This document shows positions 13,743 through 26,161 of a stretch of 64,000 nucleotides of DNA, piece after piece. Source of the DNA: Gracilinanus agilis (Eukaryota). Where the stretch lies: positions 408,732,356-408,796,355 of the forward strand of contig NC_058132.1 of assembly GCF_016433145.1 (NCBI RefSeq), read 5' to 3'. Each line of letters begins with the position of its first letter. Positions within the stretch are counted from its first letter, which is position 1. The notes under the pieces are model-generated. The model had not been told where the DNA came from. It was given only the letters and a program-made list of their open reading frames with translations, and did not search any database. The translations under genes were made by a program, and so were the position numbers.

Positions 13743-14174
13743 TACATGTGCATATTATTTCGCTCTATAGAAAGTATATTGTTTTGGTTTTGTGTCTTCA
13801 TCATCTAGCATAATGCCTGGCATGAACTAGGTGCTTAATAGATTTATTTTTTCCAAACTCCGACAGGTTCCAAGTTTAAGTTGACATCTGAGCATAGTAA
13901 CAACAAAGGCTACAGCAAACCATAAGCAGTAATGAATAAACCTCAATATAAGGAAGCCACATAAATGATCTCTGCTATTTTTCATTAGGTTCCTAGTCCA
14001 CTTTCCTCATTAAAGGAAAAGCAGGTCATGAGCAATCTTTCTCTTCTTTATTGCTTTTTACTTTGAAAGAAAAAAGTAAGGGAATTTCATAAAAATGCAT
14101 GAGGAATATTTATAGTTGGTTTATCAGTTTTAAACTTCCTTACTCTTACCAGAATTATAATGAGAATGGATAAT

Positions 14175-14405
14175 AGCAACAACAATGATAATAACAATAG
14201 CATTTATGTAGCCCTGAAAGGTTTGCAAAATATTTTATGAATTTTTTAAATCTCATAATAACCCTGGGAGATAGGTGCTATTATTATCCCCATTTTACAG
14301 ATGAGGACACTGAGGAAAGGTGATACAAACAGCTAGTAAGTGTCTAAGGTCAGTTTGAGATCAGATCTTTCTGACTTTTAGGTCCAGTCCTCTATCCACT
14401 GCAAT
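14175..14405 (-). mobile_element. MIR SINE
   Basis: tattattatccccattttacagatgaggacactgagg CORE. Confidence 0.75.
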
Positions 14406-14679
14406 TCAGGAATATAAATTGTAAGTCATTATTTAACATTTTGCAATCTGACTTCTGAAAGACTCTCTTCTCATTTCCAGAGCATTGGTTGCATGAAGGA
14501 GAATGGAAAGAGATTAGATTGGAAAGACAAGGCTTTGTAGAGGATCTTGCATATCAGATGAATTGGGAAAAAGCACTGGATTTGGATTCAAACACTCAGA
14601 AGTCCCTTCCTCTACAACTTATTACCTGAGTGAACAAGGGCATCAGTTTCTTCATCTATAAAATAAAGGGGTTGGACCA

Positions 14680-15370
14680 GATCAGGAGTTTCCAAACTTT
14701 TGGCCTTGGGATCTTTTAACATTGTTTAAAATTATCAAGGGCTCCAAAGAGCTCTTATTCACATAAGCTATATATCAATATCTACCATAATAGGAATTAA
14801 AAATAATACAATTTTAAAACCTGAATTAATTAATTAATTTTTAAACAATTATGAACTAATCACTTGTTAATATGAATAAATTTTTAAGTAACTATATTTT
14901 CCAAAACAAAAAAAAATTAGTGAGAAGAATGACATTGTTTTACATAATTCTAGAACTCTACTGTCTGGATTAATAGAAGGCAAAAGCTGGATTCTCCTAA
15001 TTGCTTCAGCATTTAATCTGTTGTCATATTTTTTTTAACCCTTACCTTCCATCTTAGAATCAATACTATATATTGGTTCTAAGGCAGAAGAGCAGAAAGG
15101 CTAGGCAATGGGGGTTAAGAATCTTCCCAGGGTCAGATAGCTAGGAAGTATCTAAGGCTGGATTTGAACTCCAGGCCTGGCTTTCAATCCACTGAGCTAC
15201 CGAGCTATCCCCAGAATTCTGTTTTGACTGAAATTTATGAAGAAACTTTGGCCTCACAGATATATAGTTAGAATAGGCAAATAATGTCTGTATTATGAAA
15301 ATAGTTTGACCTTGCAGACTCCCCTGAAAGGGTCTTGGGAAACCAAGGTTCCAAGGACCATATCACCCTA
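14680..15370. mobile_element. hAT-Charlie-like DNA transposon relic
   Basis: caggagtttccaaacttttggcc...aaagagctc...gtttgaccttgcagactcccctgaaagggtct resembles recalled Charlie derivatives; split by a SINE. Confidence 0.6.
15028..15212 (-). mobile_element. Older SINE1-type SINE inside a hAT element
   Basis: Poly-T, aacccttaccttccatcttagaatcaatac, CORE, head. Confidence 0.8.
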
Positions 15371-18193
15371 CTTTAAAATCTGTCACATTAGATGATCAAA
15401 GTCCCTTGAAATCTCTGACTGCTAGGCTAAGTGTGCCATTCTATATCATCATGATACCAATTTTAGACCTTCCACCAGGAATGTATTTTGACAGAAAAGA
15501 AGGGGGAGAGTATAAGAACCTAGAAACAAAGCAGGTAAAAATAGAGACTAGATACGGAAAGATGATCTTCTTTCATCTACTTTACAATTTTGTTCAGGCA
15601 TAGCCTCAGATATAAGTAGCTCCTGTATCTATTAAATTTTGGAATTCAAAAATATATGGTAACTTTAGTCCATAATCCCTGGCAGGATAACCAGAATCTT
15701 ACGTTCTTAAAAAAAAGATTTTGCATATATTTGGTTCCATAAAAGCAACCCACAACAAAGATCCTCGCCAGTGATAAAAGAAAAAAATTCTCTCTCCTCT
15801 TTATCATCTCATCCCCCCTTATTTGTCCCCCCCCATACACACACAGAGTTTTCTCAATCCCTTCTAGTTGAATATTTGAGTGCCCATAGTGTGCATAATT
15901 CTGGGTCTCATCTGGGCATGGGTTGTCAATTATCCACAGCTGTTCCAGATACCTTGTGAGTCTGGCTATATTCACCTGGGGAAACATGGTATGTGACATT
16001 GCTCCTTAGGGGGCTGTTTGTTTTCTGTGAGAATAATCTGCAGCAAAAGATCTCTAAAAAAGAGTCCCTGAGCCTTTCCAAAGAGCATTATTCAGTTCTC
16101 TTCTTCAAGGAACCACCAAATGCTCCAATGCTCCCATCCTTCACTTTGCCAATAGTCTCAGAGTTTGTTGGGATGGACAGCCCATCTCAGTGCCAATCCT
16201 ATTGAAGTAGTGATGTATGTCTATTTTGGAGGGAAGAGGTGGATTGATTGTTATGCTGGTATGAAGGGCTAGTCTCTCTTTCCTCTGACCCATCTCTAGT
16301 AAATGCTGACATTCTTTTCCAATCACTCTTTAAACTCCTCCTTGGGGGTAATGTTCTTTCTAGACACTCAGCTCCATCCCTCTGAAGGAATGGTTTTCTT
16401 TAAAACCACAGGAAAACAGCAGGAGAGAAAATGTCTGAGGTGCTACTACTTATACAAGTCACAGCCCCCTTTCAATAATTATTAAAATCATTGCTTAGGA
16501 AGATCCTGGCCTAAGTTTTTCTCCTTGTTGTGGGAAATTATAAAAATGAATCAATAATTCTCTCTTGTCCATCTCAAGCAGTCAGCCAGGATGTATTTAT
16601 TCTTTCTGTCTGTCTCTGTCTATTTCTTTGTCTTCTCTTTCTCTCTCATCTCTCTGTGTGCCTATTAGTCTTTATGTCTCTTTCATCCCACCCTTTCTGC
16701 CTTTCCTTTGCCTCAAACTAATAGGAAATGGAGACTGGGAAAGAGACACAGTTCTGCTGAGAGGGGAGTGTGGGAAAGAGAAAGGACAAAGAAGTAAGGA
16801 ATCACTAGCTCTGTTCTCAGCAGCATGAATGGTTCCCAGAAACTGTCTGTTTTGTGTAGTCCCTGCATAGCCCAGTCACATAGATATTGCCTTAGTATTC
16901 CAACATTTGCTCTTCCTAGCTCCTACTCTGGCATGACCGCAGGTCCTGGTGGTCAGCACCTCCCTTCATACTGTGCTGGTTTTATTCAGAAGGCTTGGAG
17001 GGGATGTGATTTCCAAGGAGATCATGCCCTCTCCCCACAGAAGGATTAACAGGGAATATGAACAAGAATCAAACATCAGAATAGTTTTGAGCTGTTTTAA
17101 CGGAAGTTCTCATCATTCTAATAGTTAGCATTTTATAGCACTTTAATCTTCCCAACAACCCTGTGACATAGATATTATTATTATCACCCCACTTTATAGA
17201 TGTGGATGTTGTGACTTAAAAAGTTTAAATGACTTCCCTAAGTGACTCTAGGGCAAGATTCAAACTCAGGATTTTCTGACTCCAAATCCAGTTGTTGAAA
17301 CGTTTCCATTTTGCTTAGCCAGTAAGCAATCACTACCTAGACACCTCACCAAAATACTGGAGTAGTTCACAATCTCCAAAGCTGTCTTCGAAGTATTGAA
17401 AATAGTTCAATTCAGCAAAAATATGCATGTCACTATCTATTAGAGATAAAGACCAAAATGAAACTAGTTCTGATCTTAAGTGTCTATATTATAGGAGAAA
17501 GGAAATTTTTAAAAATGTCCATAGATCAAAATCATAAAAGAAAATTGAGGTGGGGAGAGAGATGAGATAACACAGTCCAGGAATATTTAAAGGGAGAGAG
17601 AATATTAGTATTTCAAGGGATCAATGAAGGTTACACAAAGAACATGCCACCTGAACTAAACGTAAAAAGAAAATAAAACATTCTGAATGTGAAAGTGGGA
17701 ACTGAGGAGCTCATGGGTCCTAGGCATGGGGGAGGAGCTGTGCAAATGCCTGGAGGCACGAGGCAGCCCCCAATGGGAAGCCATCAAAGGGTTTTGAGTT
17801 AGGGTGCGGCGTAGTCAGACCTTTACCTAAGGACAATTATTTTAGCAACTATATGGAGTATAGATTAGATAAAGGAGATTAGGGAGACAGGAGCCCACCA
17901 TTAAAGTCTGGGCAAATGTTGTTAATTTCCTGAATTAGGCTAGTTGCCCTGTGATAATAGGAAAAACAGAGAAACGAGGACACTATGGAAATAGAATTAA
18001 TAGTACTTTATAATTGTAAATGTAAGATAAAGAGGAGAGATGAATCCCCAAGTACTTCAAAGTAGAGAACCTGGTCGACTAGAAGGATAATGGTGCTTCT
18101 TGACAGAATTAGGAAAGTAGTTTTAGGGGAAGTATGCATTTAGTGGGGAAGATATTTTAATGATATCCCATAACAGAAGAGTTAAGTCAGGCC

Positions 18194-18366
18194 NNNNNNN
18201 NNNNNNNNNNNNNNNNNNNNNNNNNNNNNNNNNNNNNNNNNNNNNNNNNNNNNNNNNNNNNNNNNNNNNNNNNNNNNNNNNNNNNNNNNNNNNNNNNNNN
18301 NNNNNNNNNNNNNNNNNNNNNNNNNNNNNNNNNNNNNNNNNNNNNNNNNNNNNNNNNNNNNNNNNN
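18194..18366. other. Assembly gap (N run)
   Basis: One of five gaps; the others are 27640-27768, 34049-34419, 45649-45780 and 51694-51847. Confidence 1.
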
Positions 18367-18760
18367 AAAAGCGATAGTCTTAAATCAACAATATCTTGGT
18401 TCAAGTAGCATGTACTACCCAGAACATGAGTTATTGGAACATTTCCATTCTGCTTAGCCAGTGAGCAATCAGAAGGGGGATGTAATCATGAATCATAGTC
18501 ACAATACTCAGTGAATATTAAAGAGAAAGGGAAATAAGGCCCTCCCTCTGTTCCATTCTATTAGAACTTCCATTTTGAATGGAGAGAAAACAAGGAGTCA
18601 GAGCAGATGATTGTACATAGAAAGCAATATTTATTGACTAGAATTAGACTGAATCCAAATTTCTCATTTGATGGATGATTTCAAGCTTTGGAGAAGAGGA
18701 TCAGGGTCCTATTGCAGACAATGATGACTCACAGTTTTTCATTTTCTAAAAATGGAAAAT
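18367..18760 (-). mobile_element. Very old L1-clade reverse transcriptase relic
   Basis: Frameshifted motifs LLQSL..EKFGF, FSPFKME, ALFPFLFNI, DLRLSL running into the gap. Confidence 0.4.
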
Positions 18761-21137
18761 TCATGGCCTGGGATATTGTCAATTCCTTGGAGACAGGATT
18801 GTTTTTTGCTTTTGTTTTGTTTTCACTTTTGTATTCCCTTTTTTAAATTTGGATTGAATTGTTGAAAAGCAACTGTCACTTTTGCAATTAAGTTTCATGC
18901 TTACTTTACATCAGCTTATATTTTGCATCATGAAATGGAGAATAAAGAGAAGGCAGGATGGGAAGAAATTTGGAAGTCCAAGCAAAATGATTATGGCAAA
19001 TTCAAAGTGGCCAGTAGGGGACAGTATGTCATACTACCCTTTGTGGATAGAGCTGCGTTTTTAGATTTCTGAGGTACCACCATATTAATACTACCTTATT
19101 GTCACATTTCCCATTCCTATAACTCTTAATACATCTGTGTTTTCTTATCTGTATTTTAAACCAAACAATTCTCATGTTAATGAACTTCCTTTGTTAAAGA
19201 GCTATGAATTCATCATTTGTTTATCAACTCTGAATTCAAATGGGGCCCAAAGGGTTATGGAGAATACAAGCAAATCACAACTATCCTCTAGTAAACAAAA
19301 CATTTGCTCCCCCAAACCCTATATACCTGAAATATTTGTTTTCTTTTTAAAGTCAAACTCATTATTAATAATAAATGTTATTTATATTATATTTATTACT
19401 TATTATCATGATTCCTTCCTCCTTCTCTTGGCAGCTGCTATGTTCTAATGAAGTTAAGGTCAGAGAGTGGAGAAAAAGAGCATGAAATCAGCCCTGACCT
19501 TAGCCTCTGTTTTAATGTGGGAAGCAGTGCCAGGTGTCACAGCTGCATCCCCTGCCCTCCTATTGGCAGGAAACTGATGGGAAACAAAACTTAACCCCGG
19601 GAAATCCTAGGATCATTTGGGTTTATAGAAGTCATTCGATAAAATGGGTCCTGACCTGGAAAGACAACTATTAACCAAGATGATCTTTCCTAAGGCTTCT
19701 AAAGGAAGTCCCTATCAAACTTCTCTTCCCTCATTCTGTGTTCCTCGTTCCTCATTCATCCATCACTTTTTCATTCATTTCAACAGAAGTGAAGATGAAT
19801 GATAAAGAAAAAAGGAAGTCATTCTTTCAGTAAATAGCCATGCATTTTATAGTTGGAAGGGACCTTCATGGTCAACTAGTTCCATCCTTCAATATGTAGA
19901 TAAAGATATCCTAGAGAAGAGATTCTCCCCAGACAGACAAGGGAAGTGATTTACACAATTGGTGAGAGGTTAAGTTGGACACATTTTGAGTCCTACTTCT
20001 GACCTGATGGATGTAGTATAGTTTAGAGGGGGGAAAACATTATATGTTGGATCCAAGAGTTTTGAGTTCTAGTTCTATCCCAGGCATTGACTTACTGTAT
20101 GACTTTAGAAAAGTCACTAAAGCTCTCTGATATTCAGTTTTCACATCTTAGAAATATGTGAGTCTAATGACTACTCCTACCTACTCACAAACCTGTTATC
20201 AGAATGTAATGAGATGATGAATGTGACAACTAATTTTGAAAAGATTAAAGCATTCCACACAAGTAAGGTTATATTGGTTTAGAATTCAGCATATATATAT
20301 ATATGTGCACATATATATATATATTTGACATATATATATATATTCAACATATATATGCCAAATCCAAAGACTGACCACAATTATGCCAAGTCATCCAACA
20401 TCTTCTTGAACAAAGTTTGCTGTGATACTCAAGCATATTAGGCAAGAGTATATTGAAAGGTTGCTAAAAAAAATTCTGAGTGATTAATAGAGAAGAGGAA
20501 GCAAACTAGATACTGTCACAATCTTTCTTAGTACTGTTTTTTAATAATGTCAGATATTTTAGATGCAACTCAATTGTCCAACAATTAGTAATTTTCTGAT
20601 GGGAAAGACACTGTTTGACAACCTTGTGGGTAGATTTCTACCACCTTGATTTATGATTGTGATTATAAACAAGGAATTGAAGAAACATTCACTACATATT
20701 TTACAATATTTTTCTCTTCCAAAATGCATTTTCTATAAATGACTTTTACCACTGTTCTTAGCTCTGAAATCAAATTAATCCTGACTTAATCTGTACTTAA
20801 TAATGTACAAGAACAGAACATTTCTTAGGACTCCTAGTATTTTACTTTGAGTAACAAAGAGTCAGAGAAAATGAACCATCCTCAGAGACACAACCTTGGG
20901 TAACTCTGCTTGATTCTTCTAGACAAAAATTCTTCATAAAAATGCTCTTCCAATTCAGAAAGGAAAAACCAATTCCACTTTTTGGGATGGATGTACAAAA
21001 CCTTAGGACACAGGAACTTTTCAGTCCAGCTAAATGAATATTCTCACTATCTCCCAAAACATTTTGTTTTCTATCCTTCAAGATTTGTTGAACAAGGTCG
21101 ATCTCTACCATTTGAAATTCTACTTCTTTTTGCTACT

Positions 21138-21280
21138 CTTTAAAAAAAAAATCTTTACTTTCTGCCTTAGAATCAATACTAAGTATTGGTTCCAAGGCAG
21201 AAGAGTGGTAAGAACTAGGCAATTGGAGTTAAATGACGTGCCCAAGGTCACACAACTAGGAAATGTGATTTGAACCTGTT
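21138..21280 (-). mobile_element. SINE1-type SINE, 5'-truncated
   Basis: ctttctgccttagaatcaatactaagtattggttccaaggcagaag, then CORE. Confidence 0.75.
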
Positions 21281-22610
21281 ATCTCCTCTTAAGAACATCT
21301 TGATCACTCCAGCTCCCAGAGGTGATCTCTGCAGCTAGCCATACCACTCAGGGTATAGTTGCAAGATTTTAGAGATGCACCTGACATACCACCAACTGCT
21401 CAATATTCACTTTTTTATCTATTTATTCTGTCTCCCAAAAGCAATTGTGAACTTCTTGAGGGCAGGGAACTGTGTTATACTTCTTTGTTTATTCCTCCTC
21501 CTCTCAGATCAGAGACTAGTTGAATGTTTTGCACATACTGTATGGAAGTACTCGGTCAATAGTTGTTGTTTGAGCATTACCTACTCCTCATCTTACAATG
21601 AAATCAACCTCGCCCCCAAATATTCCTTGTCATTCATACCCTGGGATCACAAGCTGCTGAGGTATCAGCCCCAGTTTTTTTCTTTTCACTAACTGATGAG
21701 GTTCATTTGTTTGTTTGTTTGTTTGTTGTTGTTGTTTTTATTCAAAGATATTTTATTTTCTCAATTGTGTGCAATGATAATTTTCCTCATATGTTTTCCA
21801 AAATGATCAAATCCAAATTGTCTCCCTCCCCCCCTTCCATTCCCTGATGAGGTTCATTTGATCACTAGTCCCTGGCTCAAGGAACAGTTTCCACCTGTCC
21901 TACTAGGTCTTTAGTGATTGATTATCTCGTTGGATCTGTGATTAGCTGCATCATCATTTGCTCCAGCTGTTCCTAATGGCTATCTTTATATGCATTTTTT
22001 CCCCTTCTCAGTTAAACTCTGAGGATACTGCTTATATGAAGTACTTCTACTTCCTTTCCTTTCTTTAATGATCAATTCTTCGTAGTTTGGCTTCTTTGGT
22101 AATCTTTCAAGAAAAATTGCTCTCTCCAAAGTTACCAATGATCTTTTCATTAGCAAATCTAATGGTCTTTCCTTCAACTCCACTCTTCTTGACTTCACTG
22201 CCTCTTTTGACATTGTTGACATTGTCAACCACCCTGTTTTTTCTTCAGATCAAAGTATACTTTGTAAAAATTTTCTTTATTTTTCTGTTTTCTCTTATAA
22301 CATGACCAATATGAAAATGTTTTATATGATTGCACATGAATAACCTATGTCATATTGCCTGCCTTCTCAATGAGGCGATAGGGAAAGAAGGGAGAGAATT
22401 TGGAACTCGAAACTTTTTTTAAAGAATGTTTAAAATTGTTCCTACATGTAATTTGAAAAATAAAATAATTTTTTTAATCTTCATGTAAAATTTATCAATC
22501 AGCTCTCTAGACCCTGTAGGAACTGGCTCCAGTGTACTGGCCATAGCACCAGGACTCCAGCAGCAGCCTCACAGGTGCCTACAAACAAGACAAAGCAGTG
22601 GCCTCATAGA

Positions 22611-22805
22611 CTTTTTTTTTAACTATTATCTTCTGTCTTAGAACTGATACTAAGTATTAGTTCCAAAGCAGAAGAGCTGTAAGAGCTAGGCAATTGGAGT
22701 TAAATGACTTACCCAGGATCACATAACTAGGAAGTGTCTGAGGTCAGATTTAAAACCAGGGCCTTGATCTCCAGACCTGGTGCTCTATTCATCTAGCTGC
22801 CATAA
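22611..22805 (-). mobile_element. Older SINE1-type SINE
   Basis: Same tail and CORE motifs as the other copies. Confidence 0.75.
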
Positions 22806-23200
22806 TTCTCAAAGACTTAAAAATTTTTTTCCAAGTGTTTTTGCAGTTATATGTAGAAACAATTTTTGACAATTGTTTTCTAACATTTTAGAGTTCAGAT
22901 TTTCTTTCTCCCTCCCTTCCTCTCCTCCTAAAGGCAGTAAATAGTCTGATATAGGTTATACTAGTATTTTGATGCAATACATATTACCACATTGCTAATG
23001 CTATGACAGAAGACACGTCGCACATATAATCAAGAACCCATGAAGGAAATAAAGTGAAAGATGTCATGCTTTGATCTGCAATCCAACCCCAACACTTCCT
23101 TCTTTGACTATGGATAACATTTTGCATCACAGGTCCCTTGTGGATATCTTGAGAACTTGTTTAGCTGATAATAATTTAGACCTCCACAGTTGATCATTTT

Positions 23201-26161
23201 TTTTACATTTATTAATATTTATTTTTTGAAAAGTTAACATGGTTATGTAATTCATGCTCTTACTTTCCCCTTCACCCCCTGACTTCCCCCTCCCCCCCCA
23301 TGGCTGATGTGTATTTCCACTGGTCTTAACATGTGTCATTGATCAAGACCTATTTCCAAATTGTTGATAGTTGCATTGGTGTGGTAGTTTCGAGTCTACA
23401 TCCCCAATCATGTCCACCTCAACCCATGCGTTCAAGCAATTGTTTTTCTTATATGTTTCCTCTCCTGCAGACCTTCCTCTGAATATAGGCAGCATTCTTT
23501 ACCATAAATCCCTCAGAATTGTCCTGGATCATTGCATTGCTACTAGTACAGAAGTCCATTGCATTTGATTTTACCACAGTATATCAGTCTCTGTGTACAA
23601 TGTTCTTCTGGCTCTGCTTCTTTCGCTCTGCATCAGTTCCTGGAGGTCTTTCCAGTTCACCTGGAATTCCTCCAGTTTATTATTCCTTTGAGCACAATAG
23701 TATTCCATCACCAGTATATACCACAATTTGTTCAGCCATTCCCCAATTGAAGGGCATACCCTCTTTTTCCAGTTTTTTGCCACCACAAGAAACGCAGCTA
23801 TAAATATTTTTGTACAAGTCTGTTTATCTATGATCTCTTTGGGGTACAAACCCAACAATGGTATGGCTGGATGAAAGGTCAGGCATTCTTTTATAGCCCT
23901 TTGAGCATAGTTCCAAATTGCCAGCCAGAATGGTTGGATCAGTTCACAATTCCACCAGCAATGCATTAATGTCCCAATTTTGCCACAACCCCTCCAGCAT
24001 TCATTACTCTCCCCTTCTTTCATTTTAGACAATCTGCTAGGTGTGAGGTGATACCTCAGAGTTGTTTTGATTTGCATTTCTCTAATTATTAGAGATTTGG
24101 AACACTTTCTCATGTGCTTATTGATACTTTTGATTTCTTTATCTGAAAAAAATTGCCTATTCATGTCTCTTGCCCATTTATCAATTAGGGAATGGCTTGA
24201 TTTTTTTATACAATTGATTTAACTCCTTGTATATTTGAGTAATTAGACCCCTGTCAGAGTTTTTTGTTATAAAGATTTTTTCCCAACTTGTTGTTTCCCT
24301 TCTGATTTTGACTACATTGTTTTTGTTTGTACAAAAGCTTTTTAGTTTGATATAATCAAAATCATTTATTTTACATTTTGTAATTTTCTCTAACTCTTGC
24401 TTGGTTTTAAAATCTTTCCTTTCCCAGAGATCTGACAAGTAAACTACTCTATGTTCACTTAACTTATTTATAATTTCCCCCTTTATATTCAAGTCATTCA
24501 CCCGTTCTGAATTTATCTTGGTGTAGGGTGTAAGATATTGATCTAATGAAGGGGAAATTAAGGCAATCATTAAAAACCATTTTGCCCAATTATATGGCAA
24601 TACATATAGCAATCTAGGAGATATGGATGAATATTTATAAAAATACAAATTGCCTAGATTAACAGCAGAAGAAATAGAATACCAAAATAATCCCATATCA
24701 GAAAAATAAATTGAACAAGCCATCAAAGAACTCCCTAAGAAAAAATCGCCAGGGCCTGATGGATTCACAAGTGAATTCTATCAGACATTCAAAGAACAAC
24801 TAATCCCAATACTATACAAATTATTTTATATAATAAGCAAAGAAAGAGTCCTACCAAATTCCTTTTATGACACAAACATGGTACTGATTCCAAAGCCAGG
24901 TAGAACAAAAACAGAGGAAAAAAACTATAGACCAATCTCCCTAATGAACATAGATGCAAAAATCTTAAATAGAATACTAGCAAAGAGACTCCAGCAAGTA
25001 ATTAAGAAGATCATCCACCATGATCAGGTGGGATTTATACCAGGAATGCAAGGATGGTTCAACATTAGGAAAACCATCCACATAATTGACCATATCAACA
25101 GTCTAACAAACAAAAATTCCATGATTATCTCAATAGATGCTGAAAAAGCCTTTGACAAAATACAGCATCCATTCCTATTGAAAACACTGAAAAGTATAGG
25201 AATAGAAGGAACTTTCCTAAAAATAATAAACAGTATATACCTAAAACCATCATCAAGCATCATATGCAATGGGGATAAATTAGAAGCCTTTCCAATAAGA
25301 TCAGGAGTGAAACAAGGATGCCCATTATCTCCTCTATTATTTAACATTGTACTAGAAACATTAGCAGTAGCAATTAGAGAAGAAAAAGAAATTGAAGGTA
25401 TCAAAATAGGCATGGAGGAGACTAAGCTATCACTCTTTGCAGATGACATGATGATCTACTTAAAAAACCCTAGAGAATCAACTAAGAAGCTTGTAGAAAT
25501 AATCAACAACTTTAGCAAAGTTGCAGGATACAAAATAAATGCACATAAATCATCAGCATTTCTATATATTTCCAACACATTAGAGTAGCAAGAGGTAGAA
25601 AGAGAAACACCATTTAAAACCACCCTAGACAATATAAAATACTTAGGCATCTATCTACCAAAACAAACACACCAATTATATGAAAACAACTACAAAACAC
25701 TTTCCAAACAATTAAAACTAGATCTAAACAATTGGAAAAATATTGATTGCTCATGGGTAGGATGAGCTAACATAATAAAAATGACCATTCTACCCAAATT
25801 AATTTACCTATTTAGTGCCATACCTATCAAACTACCAAAAAACTTTTTTACCGAATTAGGAAAAACTATAACAAAGTTCATCTGGAATAACAAAAGATCA
25901 AGAATATCAAGGGAAATAATGAAAAAAAAAATGTGAAGGAAGGGGGCCTAGTAGTACCAGATATTAAACTATACTATAAAGCAGCGGTCATCAAAACGGT
26001 ATGATACTGGCTAAGAGACAGAAGGGAGGATCAGTGGAATAGACTTGGGGTAAGTAACATCAACAAGACAGTGTATGATAAACCCAAAGAGCCCAACTTT
26101 TGGGACTGCTGGGAAATTTGGAAAACAATATGGGAAAGAATAGGTTTAGATCGATATCTTA
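23201..26161. mobile_element. L1, 5'-truncated and 5'-inverted (twin-primed), with RT domain
   Basis: Antisense 3' segment 23201-24545; sense ORF2 segment 24546-26161 containing RT (ORF 24878-25588, LFADDMM, premature TAG). 16-bp TSD cacagttgatcatttt at 23185-23200 and 26162-26177. Confidence 0.93.

Noticed and set aside
20291-20356. Palindrome centred on gtgcac
   Set aside because: Self-complementarity follows trivially from the (TA)n repeat.
24878-25588. 236-aa reverse transcriptase ORF as a functional gene
   Set aside because: Fragment of a truncated, inverted L1 with upstream and terminal premature stops.
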